Shown piece after piece: positions 39,554 to 51,757 of a DNA stretch of 64,000 nt. This stretch comes from Terriglobia bacterium (GTDB lineage Bacteria > Acidobacteriota > Terriglobia > JAJPHL01 > JAPKYU01): the NCBI GenBank assembly GCA_965223005.1, contig CBDCVK010000010.1, forward strand, positions 1,024,001 through 1,088,000, written 5' to 3'. Under the pieces are notes generated by a model. The model was not told where the DNA came from. It saw only the letters and a list, made by a program, of their open reading frames with translations, and ran no database searches. How positions within the stretch are numbered: the first letter of the stretch is position 1; the number at the start of each line of letters is the position of its first letter. The translations under genes were made by a program, and so were the position numbers.

Positions 39554-40952
39554 TCAGAGGCGGTATTTCTTGGCGTAGTGGCGGAAGGAGCGGTAGCTCA
39601 TGTGGAGCAGTTCAGCGGCGCGCGTGCGAACGCCACCGGCGCGCTCGATCGCCGCTTCAATGTAACGGCGCTCCAGTTGGGTGATGTGCTGTTCCAGGTC
39701 CAGACCTGCATCAGGCAGAGAAGGCAGCGGGGAGGGGACGGCGGAGCCGTCGCCGCTGGCGGCGGCCGCCACCCCTTGCGGCGCGACCCCGGAGACGCGT
39801 TCGGGCAGCGTCCACACCGCAACCTCCTCGTGTTTCTCCAGGGCGACGGCACGCTCCAGGGCGTTTTCCAGTTCCCGCACATTGCCCGGCCAGTCGTACC
39901 GTTCCAGGCACTTCATGGCCGGCTCGTCAATCTTGTGGACCGGTTTGTTCATCGCCCGAGCAAACTTCTTCAGGAAGTGGACGGCCAGCAGGCGGATGTC
40001 CTCGCGGCGCTCTCGGAGCGGCGGCAACTCCACCGGGATGACACTGATGCGGTAGTAGAGGTCCTCACGAAAGGAGCCTTCCTGGACGCGTTGGTGAAGG
40101 TCCTTGTTGGTGGCCACGATCAGGCGCACGTCTATCGGCACCTCCTCGCTGGCCCCGATCGGACGCACCAGCCGCTCCTGCAACACACGCAGCAGCCTCA
40201 CTTGCATCGCCAGGCTCGTCTCGGCGATCTCGTCCAGAAACAGGGTGCCGGTGTCAGCGTACTCAAACAGCCCCTTCTTATTGGTGGTGGCTCCGGTGAA
40301 GGCGCCTTTGACGTAGCCGAACATCTCGCTCTCGAGCAGTGTTTCGGGGAAGGCGCCGCAGTTGACCGAGACAAACGGGCGGTCCCAGCGGCCGCTGGCG
40401 GCGTGAATGGCGCGGGCCACCAGTTCCTTGCCGGTGCCGCTCTCGCCGGTGATCAGGATGGTGCTGTTGGTGGGGGCGACGGTGGCCACCAACTCCTTTC
40501 AACGCCTTGATGGGCGGGCTCACCCCCAGCAGGCTGTCCAGGCTCTTGCGCAACTCGCGCTTGAGCGCACGATTTTCCTGCCGCAGGCTGCGATCCTCGA
40601 CTCCCCGGGCCACAGTGACCCGCACTTCGTCCACCAAGTTGGGAGTCTTGATGATGTAGCGGAAGGCGCCCAGGTTCAGGGCTTGCACTGCCGAATCCAC
40701 CGAGGCATAGGCGGTCACCAGGATGACCAGGGTCTCAGGCTGGGTCTCGCGGACGTGTTGCAGGACATCCAGGCCGCTGCCCTGCGGCAGTTTGATGTCG
40801 GTGATGACGATGTCGTATATGTTGGAGAGCAGTCGGCGATGCGCCATCTCCAGCGAGGTGACCGTTTCCACCCGGTGCCCCTGCTTGCGCAGGGCGATAT
40901 CCAGCATTTCGCAGATGGATTTCTCGTCATCCACCACCAGCAGGTGGGCCAT
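39554..40952 (-). pseudogene. Sigma-54-dependent response regulator (PilR/NtrC family), frameshifted near 40498
   Basis: Receiver ORF 40278-40952 and AAA+/HTH ORF 39554-40492 ([14 protein letters not shown]) join if one A is removed from TTGAAAGGAG (restores ...IKALKELVAT...). Confidence 0.85.
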
Positions 40953-40955
40953 GGC

Positions 40956-42687
40956 TCACTCGGTTGCGGCGCTCCGCGTATGCGCGAACGGAATGGATCC
41001 GGGCTCGGAGGCACGAGGAAGGTTCGGTTTCCCCAGGGTCAGCGGAAGCTCCAGCTGGAACACCGAACCTCCTTCGGGTACCGATTCGACCCCGACCGTT
41101 CCCTGGTGCGCCGTGATGATTTCATACACAATCGCCAACCCCAGGCCGGTGCCATTGGTGAAGGCGGACTGGAACGGCTCGAAGATTTTTCCCGGAAGGG
41201 CCGGGCTCAGCCCGACACCGGTGTCGTGGAAGCGGATCACGCCATGCCCGTCGGCGCGGACCGTTTCCACCTTCAGCTTGCCGCCCTCGGGCATGGCCTT
41301 CAGCGCGTTGTCGCAGATATTCCAGAAGACCTGCTTGATGGCGTCGAGATCCACCTGGGCCACCAGCGGCTCGGCCACAAAGACGCGCTCGAAGCGGATG
41401 CGGCCCGCGTCGGGATGGTTCTCCAGCAGGACCAGTGTTTCTTCCAGCAGCCCATGCAGGTCAGCCGGGCGAAACTCATAGCGGCGTTCCCGGGAATAGC
41501 TCAGAAAATCGGAGACGATGCGATCCAGGCGCTGTGACTCCTTCACGACGATCCCCACCAGTCGCTGCTGTTCACTGGGGAGCGAGCCCAGGGTGGAAAA
41601 GACCTTGATGGAGCCGGCGATCGAGGTCAACGGGTTGCGAATCTCGTGGGCGATGGCGGAAGCCATGCGGCCCAGTGCCGCCATGCGCTCCTTCAGCCGG
41701 ACCTCTCGCTCCAACCGCTTCAGTTCGGTCAAGTCCTGAAAAAAGTAGACGTGCCCCTGCGAGGCATGTCCCTGTCCGCTGCTGTCAGGCCAGGTGAGCT
41801 CCGACACGCTCACGCGCAGGTATTTCTCCTGCCCGCCGGGAGTGAAGATCTCGACCTCCTGTGCCGGGGCATTCAGCGATAGGCGAGCGAATTCCGGCAG
41901 CACCTCCGCCAGCGGCCGACCCACGGCGGCAGCAGGCGAGCGCTCCAGGGTCAGCGCGGCGGCCCGGTTCAACAGCAGTACGCGTCCCCCCAGGCCGGTG
42001 GTCACCAGCCCGCCGGCCATGCTGTCAATCACGTTCTCGTTGAACGCCTGCAGGTTCTCCAGCTCGCCGCTGGCGGCCTGAAGCCGGGTGCCAGTCTTGC
42101 GCAGGTTCTCCACCAGACTGCTGGAAAGGTAGGCCATCGCCAGGAAGGCAAACAGGTTGGTAAAGATTCGCACCTGCAAGTCCTGCAGCTCCGGCGTCAT
42201 TTCTGAAAGCGCAAGGAGAAAATCCTTCAACTCGTTATACAAGGAGAGTTCCAGCGTGGCCCCGGCCAGAATGAAGCTGAGGCTGGCGACCAGGTACGTC
42301 CCCGCCCTCGACAGCGAGATAGCCGCCAGGATGATCACCAGCGGGTAGAGGAAAAAGTAGGGGCTGCCCACCCCCCCGCTGAAATGGATGACCGCCGTAA
42401 TCATGCAGATGTCGCAGATGATCTGCAGGTAGGACTGCATGGTGTAGTCGGTGGAGAGTTTCAGCAGCAAGCTGAAGAAGATGGTCAGCGCATACCAGAA
42501 CAGGACAGTGAAGACGAACCATCGGACCGGGATCTGAGCCTGGGTTAACTGCGCCACCGCCAGTTGGATGCATCTGAGCCTGGGTTAACTGCGCCACCGC
42601 CAGTTGGATGCCGAGCAGGAACGTAATAATGACGATCCGGACGCGGATCAGCCACAGCAACCACTGCCTCTGATTTAGCGCTTCCAT
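40956..42687 (-). pseudogene. PilS-like membrane sensor histidine kinase interrupted by a 40-bp duplication
   Basis: N-terminus MEALNQRQWLLWLIRVR loses frame at 42532-42611; downstream frame has TM helices, PAS, AHEIRNPL, GTGLGL. Confidence 0.85.
42532..42611. repeat. Perfect 40-bp tandem duplication
   Basis: atctgagcctgggttaactgcgccaccgccagttggatgc x2. Confidence 0.97.
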
Positions 42688-42842
42688 CCCCGAGCGATCG
42701 CGGCCATTATAGCACCCGAGGCTACGGGATGTTGCCGTCGGCTACCTGTGGTAGCCGGAAGTGTAGCGCATTCCAATTCCTTGCAAGCTGTTCTATCATT
42801 AGGAGAAAACTGCCGATCTCCGATGAAGCTCTGGAGGTTTGA

Positions 42843-43451
42843 ATGAACGCACTAGCCTCTGTTCACACCCTGGTGGTGAGCCAGAAAAAGGAATGGGGAG
42901 AAATTCTCAGTGGTTTTGAGACGAGAAACCGCTACGTGATTCTCTCGGAGCTGGGGGACGAGCTCTACTTTGCGGCAGAAGAGAAGGGCTCCCTGTTGCT
43001 CCGTTTGTTTCTTAAAGCCTTGAGGCCCTTCACCATCATCGTGACGCGCACCGACGGCAGCGTTGTCCTTCGACTGGAACGGCCCTTCCGCTTCTACTTC
43101 CACAAGATCGACGTGCGTGACGCCCAGGGAAGGTTGTTAGGGACTGTGGACCGCGAATTTTCTGTGGTGCGGCGGCTCTACCGGGTCTCCGACGCCACCG
43201 GAAACGTGACCTGCCAGCTGTACGGACCCATCCTTCACCCGTGGACGTTTCAGATCCGTGAGCGGTTCGGTGACATTGAGCAAGAGTCGGGCAAGATCAC
43301 CAAGAGATGGAGCGGCGCCCTGAAGGAGGTCTTCACCGCTGCGGACAACTTCGCCATCGAAATGCCTCCTGGCAAAAGTGTAGAGGCTAAAAGTGTGCTC
43401 CTGGGCGCAGTCTTCTTGATCGATTTTATCCACTTCGAGAGGCAGGGATAG
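42843..43451 (+). CDS. Phospholipid scramblase / LURP-one-like protein
   Basis: QKKEWGEI..GFETRNRY, RPF, ITKRWSG..KE.FT.ADNF, LLGAVFLIDF..FE. Confidence 0.85.
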   Translation: MNALASVHTLVVSQKKEWGEILSGFETRNRYVILSELGDELYFAAEEKGSLLLRLFLKALRPFTIIVTRTDGSVVLRLERPFRFYFHKIDVRDAQGRLLGTVDREFSVVRRLYRVSDATGNVTCQLYGPILHPWTFQIRERFGDIEQESGKITKRWSGALKEVFTAADNFAIEMPPGKSVEAKSVLLGAVFLIDFIHFERQG

Positions 43452-43489
43452 GTTCGAGAGGAAGGATAATTTCGAGAGACAGGGATAGG
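43434..43489. repeat. Three ~19-bp copies of the scramblase gene 3' end
   Basis: ttcgagaggcagggatagg / ttcgagaggaaggataat / ttcgagagacagggatagg. Confidence 0.85.
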
Positions 43490-43662
43490 CCCGGCAGGGT
43501 CAGCCCTGGGCGCGATGGGTCGCTCAAGCCGTCAGGAGACCTCCAGCCCGGCACTTCCTCCGCTCGAAGCGAACGCTTCTCCTCTTACCGAGCGGTTCAG
43601 CTACCCCGCAGGCAATCGATGCGCCTCGATCCCCCGCACCATTGCCCCCAACAGCCGCAGCG

Positions 43663-45168
43663 TCAGATCGGAGTGCAGACCGACTTCACTTCGGTGTACG
43701 CCTCGAGCACTTCATGTCCCATCTCGCGCCCCCATCCGGATTGTTTGTATCCGCCGAAAGGCAGCGCCGCATCAAAGATGTTGTAGCAGTTGATCCAAAC
43801 GGTGCCCGCACGGAGTTGAGAAGCAATGCGGTTTGCCTTTTGAATATCGCGGGTCCATATGCCTGCCGCTAATCCGTAGATCGTGTCGTTTGCTTGCGCA
43901 ATGAGTTCATTTGCGTCACGAAACGGAATGGCAGTTACTACCGGGCCGAAGATTTCCTCTTGGACTACCTTCATTCTTTCGTTGGTATTCACCAACACTG
44001 TCGGCTTTACAAAATATCCCTTCTCGCCGAGCCTGCTGCCTCCAACGACTGCCTTGGCTCCTTCTGAAAATCCGGATTCCAGGTAACCGCAGACCCGATT
44101 CAATTGTTCCTCGGAAACCAGGGGGCCCATATCAGTGGAGGACTCCAAACCAGGGCCGACATGGATTTTTTGGGCTTGTTCGGCGATGCCTTCCACCACC
44201 TTGTCAAATGATCCTTTCTCGATGTACAGCCGGGACCCGGCAGAGCAGCACTGACCGTGGTTGAAGAATATTGCGCTCGCCGCGCCAGGAATCGCGGTTT
44301 GCATATCAGCATCGTGCAACACAACGTTCGGCGATTTGCCGCCAAGTTCCAGAGAGACCTTCTTGAGATTTCCGGTGGCCGCTTGAATGATCAGCTTTCC
44401 TACCTCGGTGGATCCAGTGAACGCAACTTTATCCACTTTCGGATGAGCGGCTATCGCTGCGCCAGCCGTTTCTCCGTATCCTGGAACGATATTGACAACT
44501 CCGTCAGGGAATCCTGCTTCCTGAATCAGTTCGCCGAGTCGAATAGAGGTGAGAGGCGTCTGCTCGGCCGGCTTCAAGACCACCGTGCAGCCAGCCGCCA
44601 GCGCCGGGCCAAGCTTCCAGGCGGCCATCAAGAGCGGGAAATTCCATGGGATGATCTGTCCAACAACCCCCACCGGCTCGCGCAGGGTATATGCGAGGTA
44701 TTTCACGCCGGGGGTGTAGGGGACAGAAATTGGAATCGTATTTCCTTCGATCTTTGTCGCCCACCCGGCCATATAGCGAAATAGGTCGACCGCAAGTGGT
44801 ACGTCGGCGGCGCGGGCAACTTTGAGCGGCTTGCCATTGTCCAGAGACTCGAGTTGAGCGAACTCTTCCAGATTCTTTTCTAGGAGATCAGCGAGCTTCC
44901 AAATGAGACAGCCGCGCTCCGAGGCAGTGAGCCTTGACCACGGCCCGGTGTCAAATGCAGCCCGGGCCGAGTTAACTGCGCGATCGATATCCTCTCGGTC
45001 TCCCTCGGCAACCTGGGAAAGAACTTCTCCGGTCGCCGGATTATAGGTTGCAAATGTCTTTCCCGACGCAGATTGCACCCACTTTCCATTGATGAGCATC
45101 TTTTGAGTTGTTGAAACAAAGCGGGTTACCTTGTCATCCAACTTATGGGTTTGCGTGGCAGTGGCCAT
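43663..45168 (-). CDS. Aldehyde dehydrogenase (ALDH1/2-like)
   Basis: IIPWNFP, KPAEQTP, FTGSTEVG, LELGGKSP, GQCCSAGSR, EEIFGPV, PFGGYKQSG. Confidence 0.96.
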   Translation of the reverse strand: MATATQTHKLDDKVTRFVSTTQKMLINGKWVQSASGKTFATYNPATGEVLSQVAEGDREDIDRAVNSARAAFDTGPWSRLTASERGCLIWKLADLLEKNLEEFAQLESLDNGKPLKVARAADVPLAVDLFRYMAGWATKIEGNTIPISVPYTPGVKYLAYTLREPVGVVGQIIPWNFPLLMAAWKLGPALAAGCTVVLKPAEQTPLTSIRLGELIQEAGFPDGVVNIVPGYGETAGAAIAAHPKVDKVAFTGSTEVGKLIIQAATGNLKKVSLELGGKSPNVVLHDADMQTAIPGAASAIFFNHGQCCSAGSRLYIEKGSFDKVVEGIAEQAQKIHVGPGLESSTDMGPLVSEEQLNRVCGYLESGFSEGAKAVVGGSRLGEKGYFVKPTVLVNTNERMKVVQEEIFGPVVTAIPFRDANELIAQANDTIYGLAAGIWTRDIQKANRIASQLRAGTVWINCYNIFDAALPFGGYKQSGWGREMGHEVLEAYTEVKSVCTPI

Positions 45169-45352
45169 TGCCTTTCCTCCTTTATGTTGAAACGCTCACA
45201 GGGGCGCCTCCAGCCAGATAAAGAATGCGTGAACCCTGGCGCGGACCCCATTTATTACGCCCCCCAGTCCTGAATTGCAAGGGAAATGGTCAGCCCAGAC
45301 GGGATACTGAGAACGCCAGAGTGCTCACTCCAAGGGCCTACCTCGGCAGGTT

Positions 45353-46204
45353 CTATTTGGGGTGCTTGGTGCGGATGGCCTTGGCGCGGGCTTCCAGCTT
45401 GGCCGCCTCACCATCATCGCGCTTCGTCTTGCGTAGCATCTTGGCGTAGTTCTCCAAGATGGTGGCCACCTTGGGATGCTGCGGTCCTAAGGCGTTCTCA
45501 GAAATCGCCAGTGACCGCTTATAAAGCGGCTTAGCCTCTTCGTGCGCGTTGTCGTTGTAGTAGAGGAACGCCAGGTTGTGGAGGCTCTGACCCACGTCCA
45601 GATGCTGCGGCCCAAGGGCCTTCTCTCGGATGGCCAGCGCGCGTCGGTAGAGCCCCCCGGCCTTGCGGTATAACGTCGCGCGACTGGTCTGATCCCGCGC
45701 GCGCCCGCCCATATCGTGATACAGCTCCGCCAGGTTGTCGATGCTCTTGGCCACGTCTGGATGTTGCTCCCCCAGGGCCTTCTCCCGGATCGCCAACGCT
45801 CGTTGGTAAAGCGGCTCGGCTTCTTTGTACTTGTCCTGGGCACGATAGAGCGCCGCCAGGTTGTTGAGGCTTCGGACCAGGTCCGGATGCTCCTCTCCCA
45901 GGGCTTTTCCTTTGATCGCCAACGCACGTAGGTAGTGCGGCTCGGCCTTCGCGTACTTTCTCTGCGCTTGGTAGAGCGCCGCCAGGTTGTTCAGGGTTGT
46001 GGCCAGGCGGGGGTCTTCCTGGCCGAACTTTTCCGCCTCCTTGAGTGCAGCCACCCATTGTTTCTCAGCTTTGGCGTACTGACCACTTCGGTAAGCCTTG
46101 GCGCCGGCCATGATGTACTTCTGCCATGCGTCGCCTTGGGCCACAGCAAAGGCAGCCAAACACAAGATTGCCAGCAGCAGCCATGAAATTCTTGTTCTTG
46201 TCAT
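45353..46204 (-). CDS. Exported tetratricopeptide repeat protein
   Basis: Signal peptide plus repeated LNNLA.LY..Q..Y..AEP.Y.RALAI.EKALG..HP. Confidence 0.9.
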   Translation of the reverse strand: MTRTRISWLLLAILCLAAFAVAQGDAWQKYIMAGAKAYRSGQYAKAEKQWVAALKEAEKFGQEDPRLATTLNNLAALYQAQRKYAKAEPHYLRALAIKGKALGEEHPDLVRSLNNLAALYRAQDKYKEAEPLYQRALAIREKALGEQHPDVAKSIDNLAELYHDMGGRARDQTSRATLYRKAGGLYRRALAIREKALGPQHLDVGQSLHNLAFLYYNDNAHEEAKPLYKRSLAISENALGPQHPKVATILENYAKMLRKTKRDDGEAAKLEARAKAIRTKHPK

Positions 46205-46428
46205 ACTGGTCTCTAGTCTCCTTAACTGTACGAGGGCCGGTCTTCAGCTCCCCTCAGACGATGATACAACTATTTGGAAATCCGCGGATAGCCTGTATTT
46301 TGGAATCCGGATAGCTTGGCCGAAGCTTCCGTTTCAAACCAGCCCTGCATCCTCCCTCAACTCACACACAGCCATTTGCAAAGGCCTGACTCCGTGCACT
46401 GTTTGACATTAGCCCGGGGGCAAGGATA

Positions 46429-46830
46429 TTGTGCTCGGGCTCGCCGCTGGCTGGGCGGCTGGAACAGGCTGTGGAAGCGGAACTGGAGCGTCGTGGGGAA
46501 TGCTTGGTCTTTCGCGTCAAAGGAGACATGCGCCTATGGAGCCGTCCCGAGCAGGCAGAGAGCCTGCTGGAGAAGTTTCGCTCGGGGCTGGGCAATCCTC
46601 CGGCACAACTGGTGCTGAGCCTGGGCGGTGTGACTCAAGTAGACACGCGGGGGATCATGGCGCTGGCTTCGGTGCTGGAGGAATGTTCCAAGCGGAAGAT
46701 TGAACTGAAAATCGTGATGCCCTCCGGGGTGGCCGCCGAGCCGATGCGCTACGTGCGCATCTTCGCGCCATGGCCTTCATTTCCCAACGAAACGGCAGCC
46801 TTGCAGGCAGTGGGCGCACCGCCCCCGTGA
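46429..46830 (+). CDS. STAS domain protein (anti-anti-sigma-like)
   Basis: FRVKGDM, LVLSLGGVTQVDTRGIMAL; start uncertain. Confidence 0.65.
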   Translation: MCSGSPLAGRLEQAVEAELERRGECLVFRVKGDMRLWSRPEQAESLLEKFRSGLGNPPAQLVLSLGGVTQVDTRGIMALASVLEECSKRKIELKIVMPSGVAAEPMRYVRIFAPWPSFPNETAALQAVGAPPP

Positions 46831-46854
46831 GCGTGGCGGGCCTGCTGGAATAGC

Positions 46855-47022
46855 TCAACACTCCGCGCTGGCCTCGGTTTGATCAAACTGGCGGAAGCTG
46901 CACTTGGGGCAGGGCGGCAGCAGTTGTCCCTTCTTCAAGCTTAAGACGTTGCCGCACTCGCCGCACTTGTAATTGGCGTCTGCCGGCGTCGTTTGAAAAC
47001 TGGAAAGTCGTTCGGTTTCCAT
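46855..47022 (-). CDS. Small zinc-ribbon protein
   Basis: YKCGECG...LPPCPKC; ATG 47022 after AAGGAG. Confidence 0.75.
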   Translation of the reverse strand: METERLSSFQTTPADANYKCGECGNVLSLKKGQLLPPCPKCSFRQFDQTEASAEC

Positions 47023-47241
47023 CGAGACTCCTTGTGCTTCGGGGATTCCACCTCGGTCTGCGCTCCCGGACAGGCTCCCCGGCCAACGCCCCCAAAGGCG
47101 CGAACAGTCCAAAGGCGCGAAAAGTAAAGATACACTTGACCGGTTTGCCTTGTATTAGGTTAAAGTATTCGGTTCCAAGGTTGCCAGGTTGGATGGAACT
47201 CAAGGCCTGATGTTTCCCGACTCGAGCGAGGATATCTTACC

Positions 47242-48030
47242 ATGGCGCTAGCGTTGGCCCTAGTGTTGGCCCTGATCACCATTTCCAGCATGCTTGTGTT
47301 CGCCGGGCAGTACTGGTGGTTTCCCGTGCTGGCCTCCGAACACGGGGGCGCCATTGACCAGCAGATCGTCTGGACGTTCGTGCTTTGCGGCGTCATTTTC
47401 TTCGCGGCACAAATCGGGCTGGGATGGGTGATCTTCCGCTACCGCGCGCGGGGCCAGCAGACCCAATACTCGCACGGCAGCAACCGGATGGAAGTGGCCT
47501 GGACGATAGCCACCGCCATCATGTTCATCGGGATCAATCTGCTGGGGCAGAAGGTTTGGGCCGAGCGCTACTTCGCCAGTGCGCCGCGCGGGGCTATGCA
47601 GATTGAGGTGGTGGGCCAGCAGTTTGTCTGGAACATTCGCTACCCGGGCCCGGACGGCAAGTTCGGCCGCACCGACATCCACCTGGTGAACGATGCGGCC
47701 GGCAACCCCTTGGGCCTGGATGACACGGATGCCGCTGCCGGCGATGACATTGTGGTGCCGACTATGGCGGTGCCCATCAACCGCCCGGTGGAGCTGATCC
47801 TGCGCTCCAAAGACGTGACCCACAGCTTCTTTGTGCGCGAGTTGCGGCTCAAGCAAGACACCGTGCCGGGCATGGTGATCCGCGCGCATTTCACTGCCAC
47901 CCGGGTCGGCCAATACGAGATCGTCTGCGCCGAGCTCTGCGGCCTGGGGCACTACAAGATGCGCAGTTTCCTGGATGTGCTTTCGGAGCAAGACTATGAG
48001 AAGTGGTTGGAAGAACGAGCAGTTGAGTAA
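47242..48030 (+). CDS. coxB: Cytochrome c oxidase subunit II
   Basis: Two TM helices, DVTHSF, CuA motif CAELCGLGHYKM. Confidence 0.95.
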   Translation: MALALALVLALITISSMLVFAGQYWWFPVLASEHGGAIDQQIVWTFVLCGVIFFAAQIGLGWVIFRYRARGQQTQYSHGSNRMEVAWTIATAIMFIGINLLGQKVWAERYFASAPRGAMQIEVVGQQFVWNIRYPGPDGKFGRTDIHLVNDAAGNPLGLDDTDAAAGDDIVVPTMAVPINRPVELILRSKDVTHSFFVRELRLKQDTVPGMVIRAHFTATRVGQYEIVCAELCGLGHYKMRSFLDVLSEQDYEKWLEERAVE

Positions 48031-48067
48031 CGGCCGGAGGGGCCGGCGGGGCTAAGGAGGACCAGCG

Positions 48068-49812
<1,745 letters not shown>

Positions 49813-49813
<1 letters not shown>

Positions 49814-50457
49814 TGCCGGTTGCTTCTGAAACTGTGGAGAAAGTTCCGGGCGTCGGGGGACGTGGCCCGCGCGACGGCGGCTTCGGTGATGAAGGAGGCC
49901 GTGCCGGTCCCCAACCCAACCGGCGCGTCTACCGCACGGGTATCTGGATTGCCCTGGCGCCCATCATGATGATGTTTGTCGCCTTTTCCAGCGCCTACAT
50001 CGTGCGCCGCGGCCTCGGCAGGGACTGGCAACCTCTGGAGCTGCCTGCCATCCTGTGGCTGAATACGGCGCTGCTGGCAGCCAGCAGCCTGGCCCTGGAG
50101 CGCGCTCGCGATTGCTTGAACCGCGGGCTGCGAGACGGGTTTAGCCGCTGGTGGTCGGCGACCACAGCCCTAGGCGTGGCGTTCCTGCTCGGCCAACTGG
50201 GTGCATGGTGGCAACTGACGGATCGTGGCGTCTATCTGGCCAGTAATCCCAGCAGCTCGTTCTTTTACTTGTTGACGGCCACTCACGGCCTGCACCTACT
50301 GGGCGGGGAAGTGGCGCTGTTGTATGTGGCCTTCCAGGCGGCGCGCTCGGGAGTGGGTCCGGCCCCGCGCACCGCGGTGGACGTGAGCGCCGTCTACTGG
50401 CATTTCCTGGGCGGCTTGTGGGTCTTCATCTTTTTGCTGCTTCTGGTTTGGAGGTAG
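49813..50457 (+). CDS. Cytochrome c oxidase subunit III (first paralog)
   Basis: FFYLLTATHGLH, YWHFL..LW. Confidence 0.88.
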
Positions 50458-50463
50458 GGAAAA

Positions 50464-51087
50464 TTGTCTGACGCAATAGCACAAGCTCGGGCGGAGATTT
50501 GGGGCGGCGGAGTACGCCCCTATGCCGTGCCCTCCAAGAAGCTGGGCATGTGGCTGTTCATCATCTCTGACTCACTCACCTTCTCCGCGTTATTGGTTAC
50601 CTACAGCTACGTGCGCCTGGCCAGCGTTGACTGGCCCACCCCGTTTCATGGCTCCAGTATCGCGCTGGCCAGTGTCATGACCTTTTGCCTGCTGTCCAGC
50701 AGCTTGACCATGGTGATGGCGGTTGCCGCTGCCCATCAGGACCGTCGCAAGCAGGCCGCGCGGTGGCTTTTCGCCACCATCGCGGGCGGCCTGGCGTTTA
50801 TTGTTCTGCACGTGAATGAGTGGCTCGGTCTGATCCATGAGGGGATGACCCCGTTCAGCAACCCGTGGGGTACGCCCTTATTCGGAGCCACCTTCTTTGC
50901 CCTGACCGGCCTGCACATGACCCACGTCGCCATCGGTGTGATTTACCTGACGATCGTGGCCCTGGGGTTCCGCGCCGGTCGCTGGAGTGGAACGGACGTG
51001 GAGGTCAGCGGGCTGTACTGGCATTTTGTGGATTTGGTCTGGATGTTCATTTTCCCGCTCGTCTACTTGATGTCGACCAAGATCTAG
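50464..51087 (+). CDS. Cytochrome c oxidase subunit III (second paralog)
   Basis: KLGMWLFIISD, FFALTGLHMTHV, GLYWHFVDLVW. Confidence 0.9.
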   Translation: MSDAIAQARAEIWGGGVRPYAVPSKKLGMWLFIISDSLTFSALLVTYSYVRLASVDWPTPFHGSSIALASVMTFCLLSSSLTMVMAVAAAHQDRRKQAARWLFATIAGGLAFIVLHVNEWLGLIHEGMTPFSNPWGTPLFGATFFALTGLHMTHVAIGVIYLTIVALGFRAGRWSGTDVEVSGLYWHFVDLVWMFIFPLVYLMSTKI

Positions 51088-51106
51088 CGGGCAGGGAAGG
51101 AGGAAT

Positions 51107-51418
51107 ATGAGCGCGCATAGCGAGGAGCACGCTGGAGCCGGGAACAAGCTGTATTTGTTCGTCTGGGGCTGGCTACTCGGCCTCACCGCGGTGGAGATAT
51201 TCCTCGCCTACCTGCAGATGCCGCCGGTACCGATGCTCACCCTGCTGATGGGCCTCTCCATCGTCAAGGCTGCCCTGATCATGGCCTACTTCATGCACCT
51301 GCGCTTCGAGCGGCTGCGGTTGGTGCTGACGTTGGTGCCCGCGCTGGTGATCACCATCTGCCTGCTGTTCGTGTTTTACCCCGATAGCCTCCGCATCCTG
51401 GAGTTGGGCCAGCCGTGA
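51107..51418 (+). CDS. Cytochrome c oxidase subunit IV family protein
   Basis: LTAVE, KAALIMAYFMHLRFE. Confidence 0.88.
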   Translation: MSAHSEEHAGAGNKLYLFVWGWLLGLTAVEIFLAYLQMPPVPMLTLLMGLSIVKAALIMAYFMHLRFERLRLVLTLVPALVITICLLFVFYPDSLRILELGQP

Positions 51419-51708
51419 CCTTTCCTCGTGCCCTCGCGCTCGCTGTCCTGCTTCTGGCGGTCACTGCTGCCCCGGCCGCCGCGCAGTGCGCCATGTGCTA
51501 CAGCACGGCCGCGGCCCAGGACTCGGAGGCTATAAAGGCACTGAACCTGGGTATCCTGGTCTTGCTGATTCCTCCTGTGGCCATCATGGTCGGCATCCTC
51601 TTGCTCGCCTTCCGCTACCGCAACTCCGATCACACGAAAGCGGAACAGACTCGCTCTCCTCAGCCCTCGCGGAAATCGTTTCAGGTGGTCTCCTCACCCA
51701 CCGTCTAA
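51415..51708 (+). CDS. Small membrane protein with AQCAMC motif at the end of the cox operon
   Basis: GTGA overlap; signal peptide, CxxC, one TM helix. Confidence 0.7.
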   Translation: MTFPRALALAVLLLAVTAAPAAAQCAMCYSTAAAQDSEAIKALNLGILVLLIPPVAIMVGILLLAFRYRNSDHTKAEQTRSPQPSRKSFQVVSSPTV

Positions 51709-51757
51709 TCGCGCGTCATTGCGGCACGGTTCCCTCAGTGCTCGAAGGTAGGAGAAC

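Noticed and set aside
40490-40505. Programmed ribosomal frameshift in the response regulator
   Set aside because: TTGAAAGGAG is not a canonical X XXY YYZ slippery site and no stimulatory structure is evident.
43515-43662. Possible insertion-sequence remnant downstream of the aldehyde dehydrogenase
   Set aside because: No terminal inverted repeats or transposase motifs could be identified from the sequence alone.
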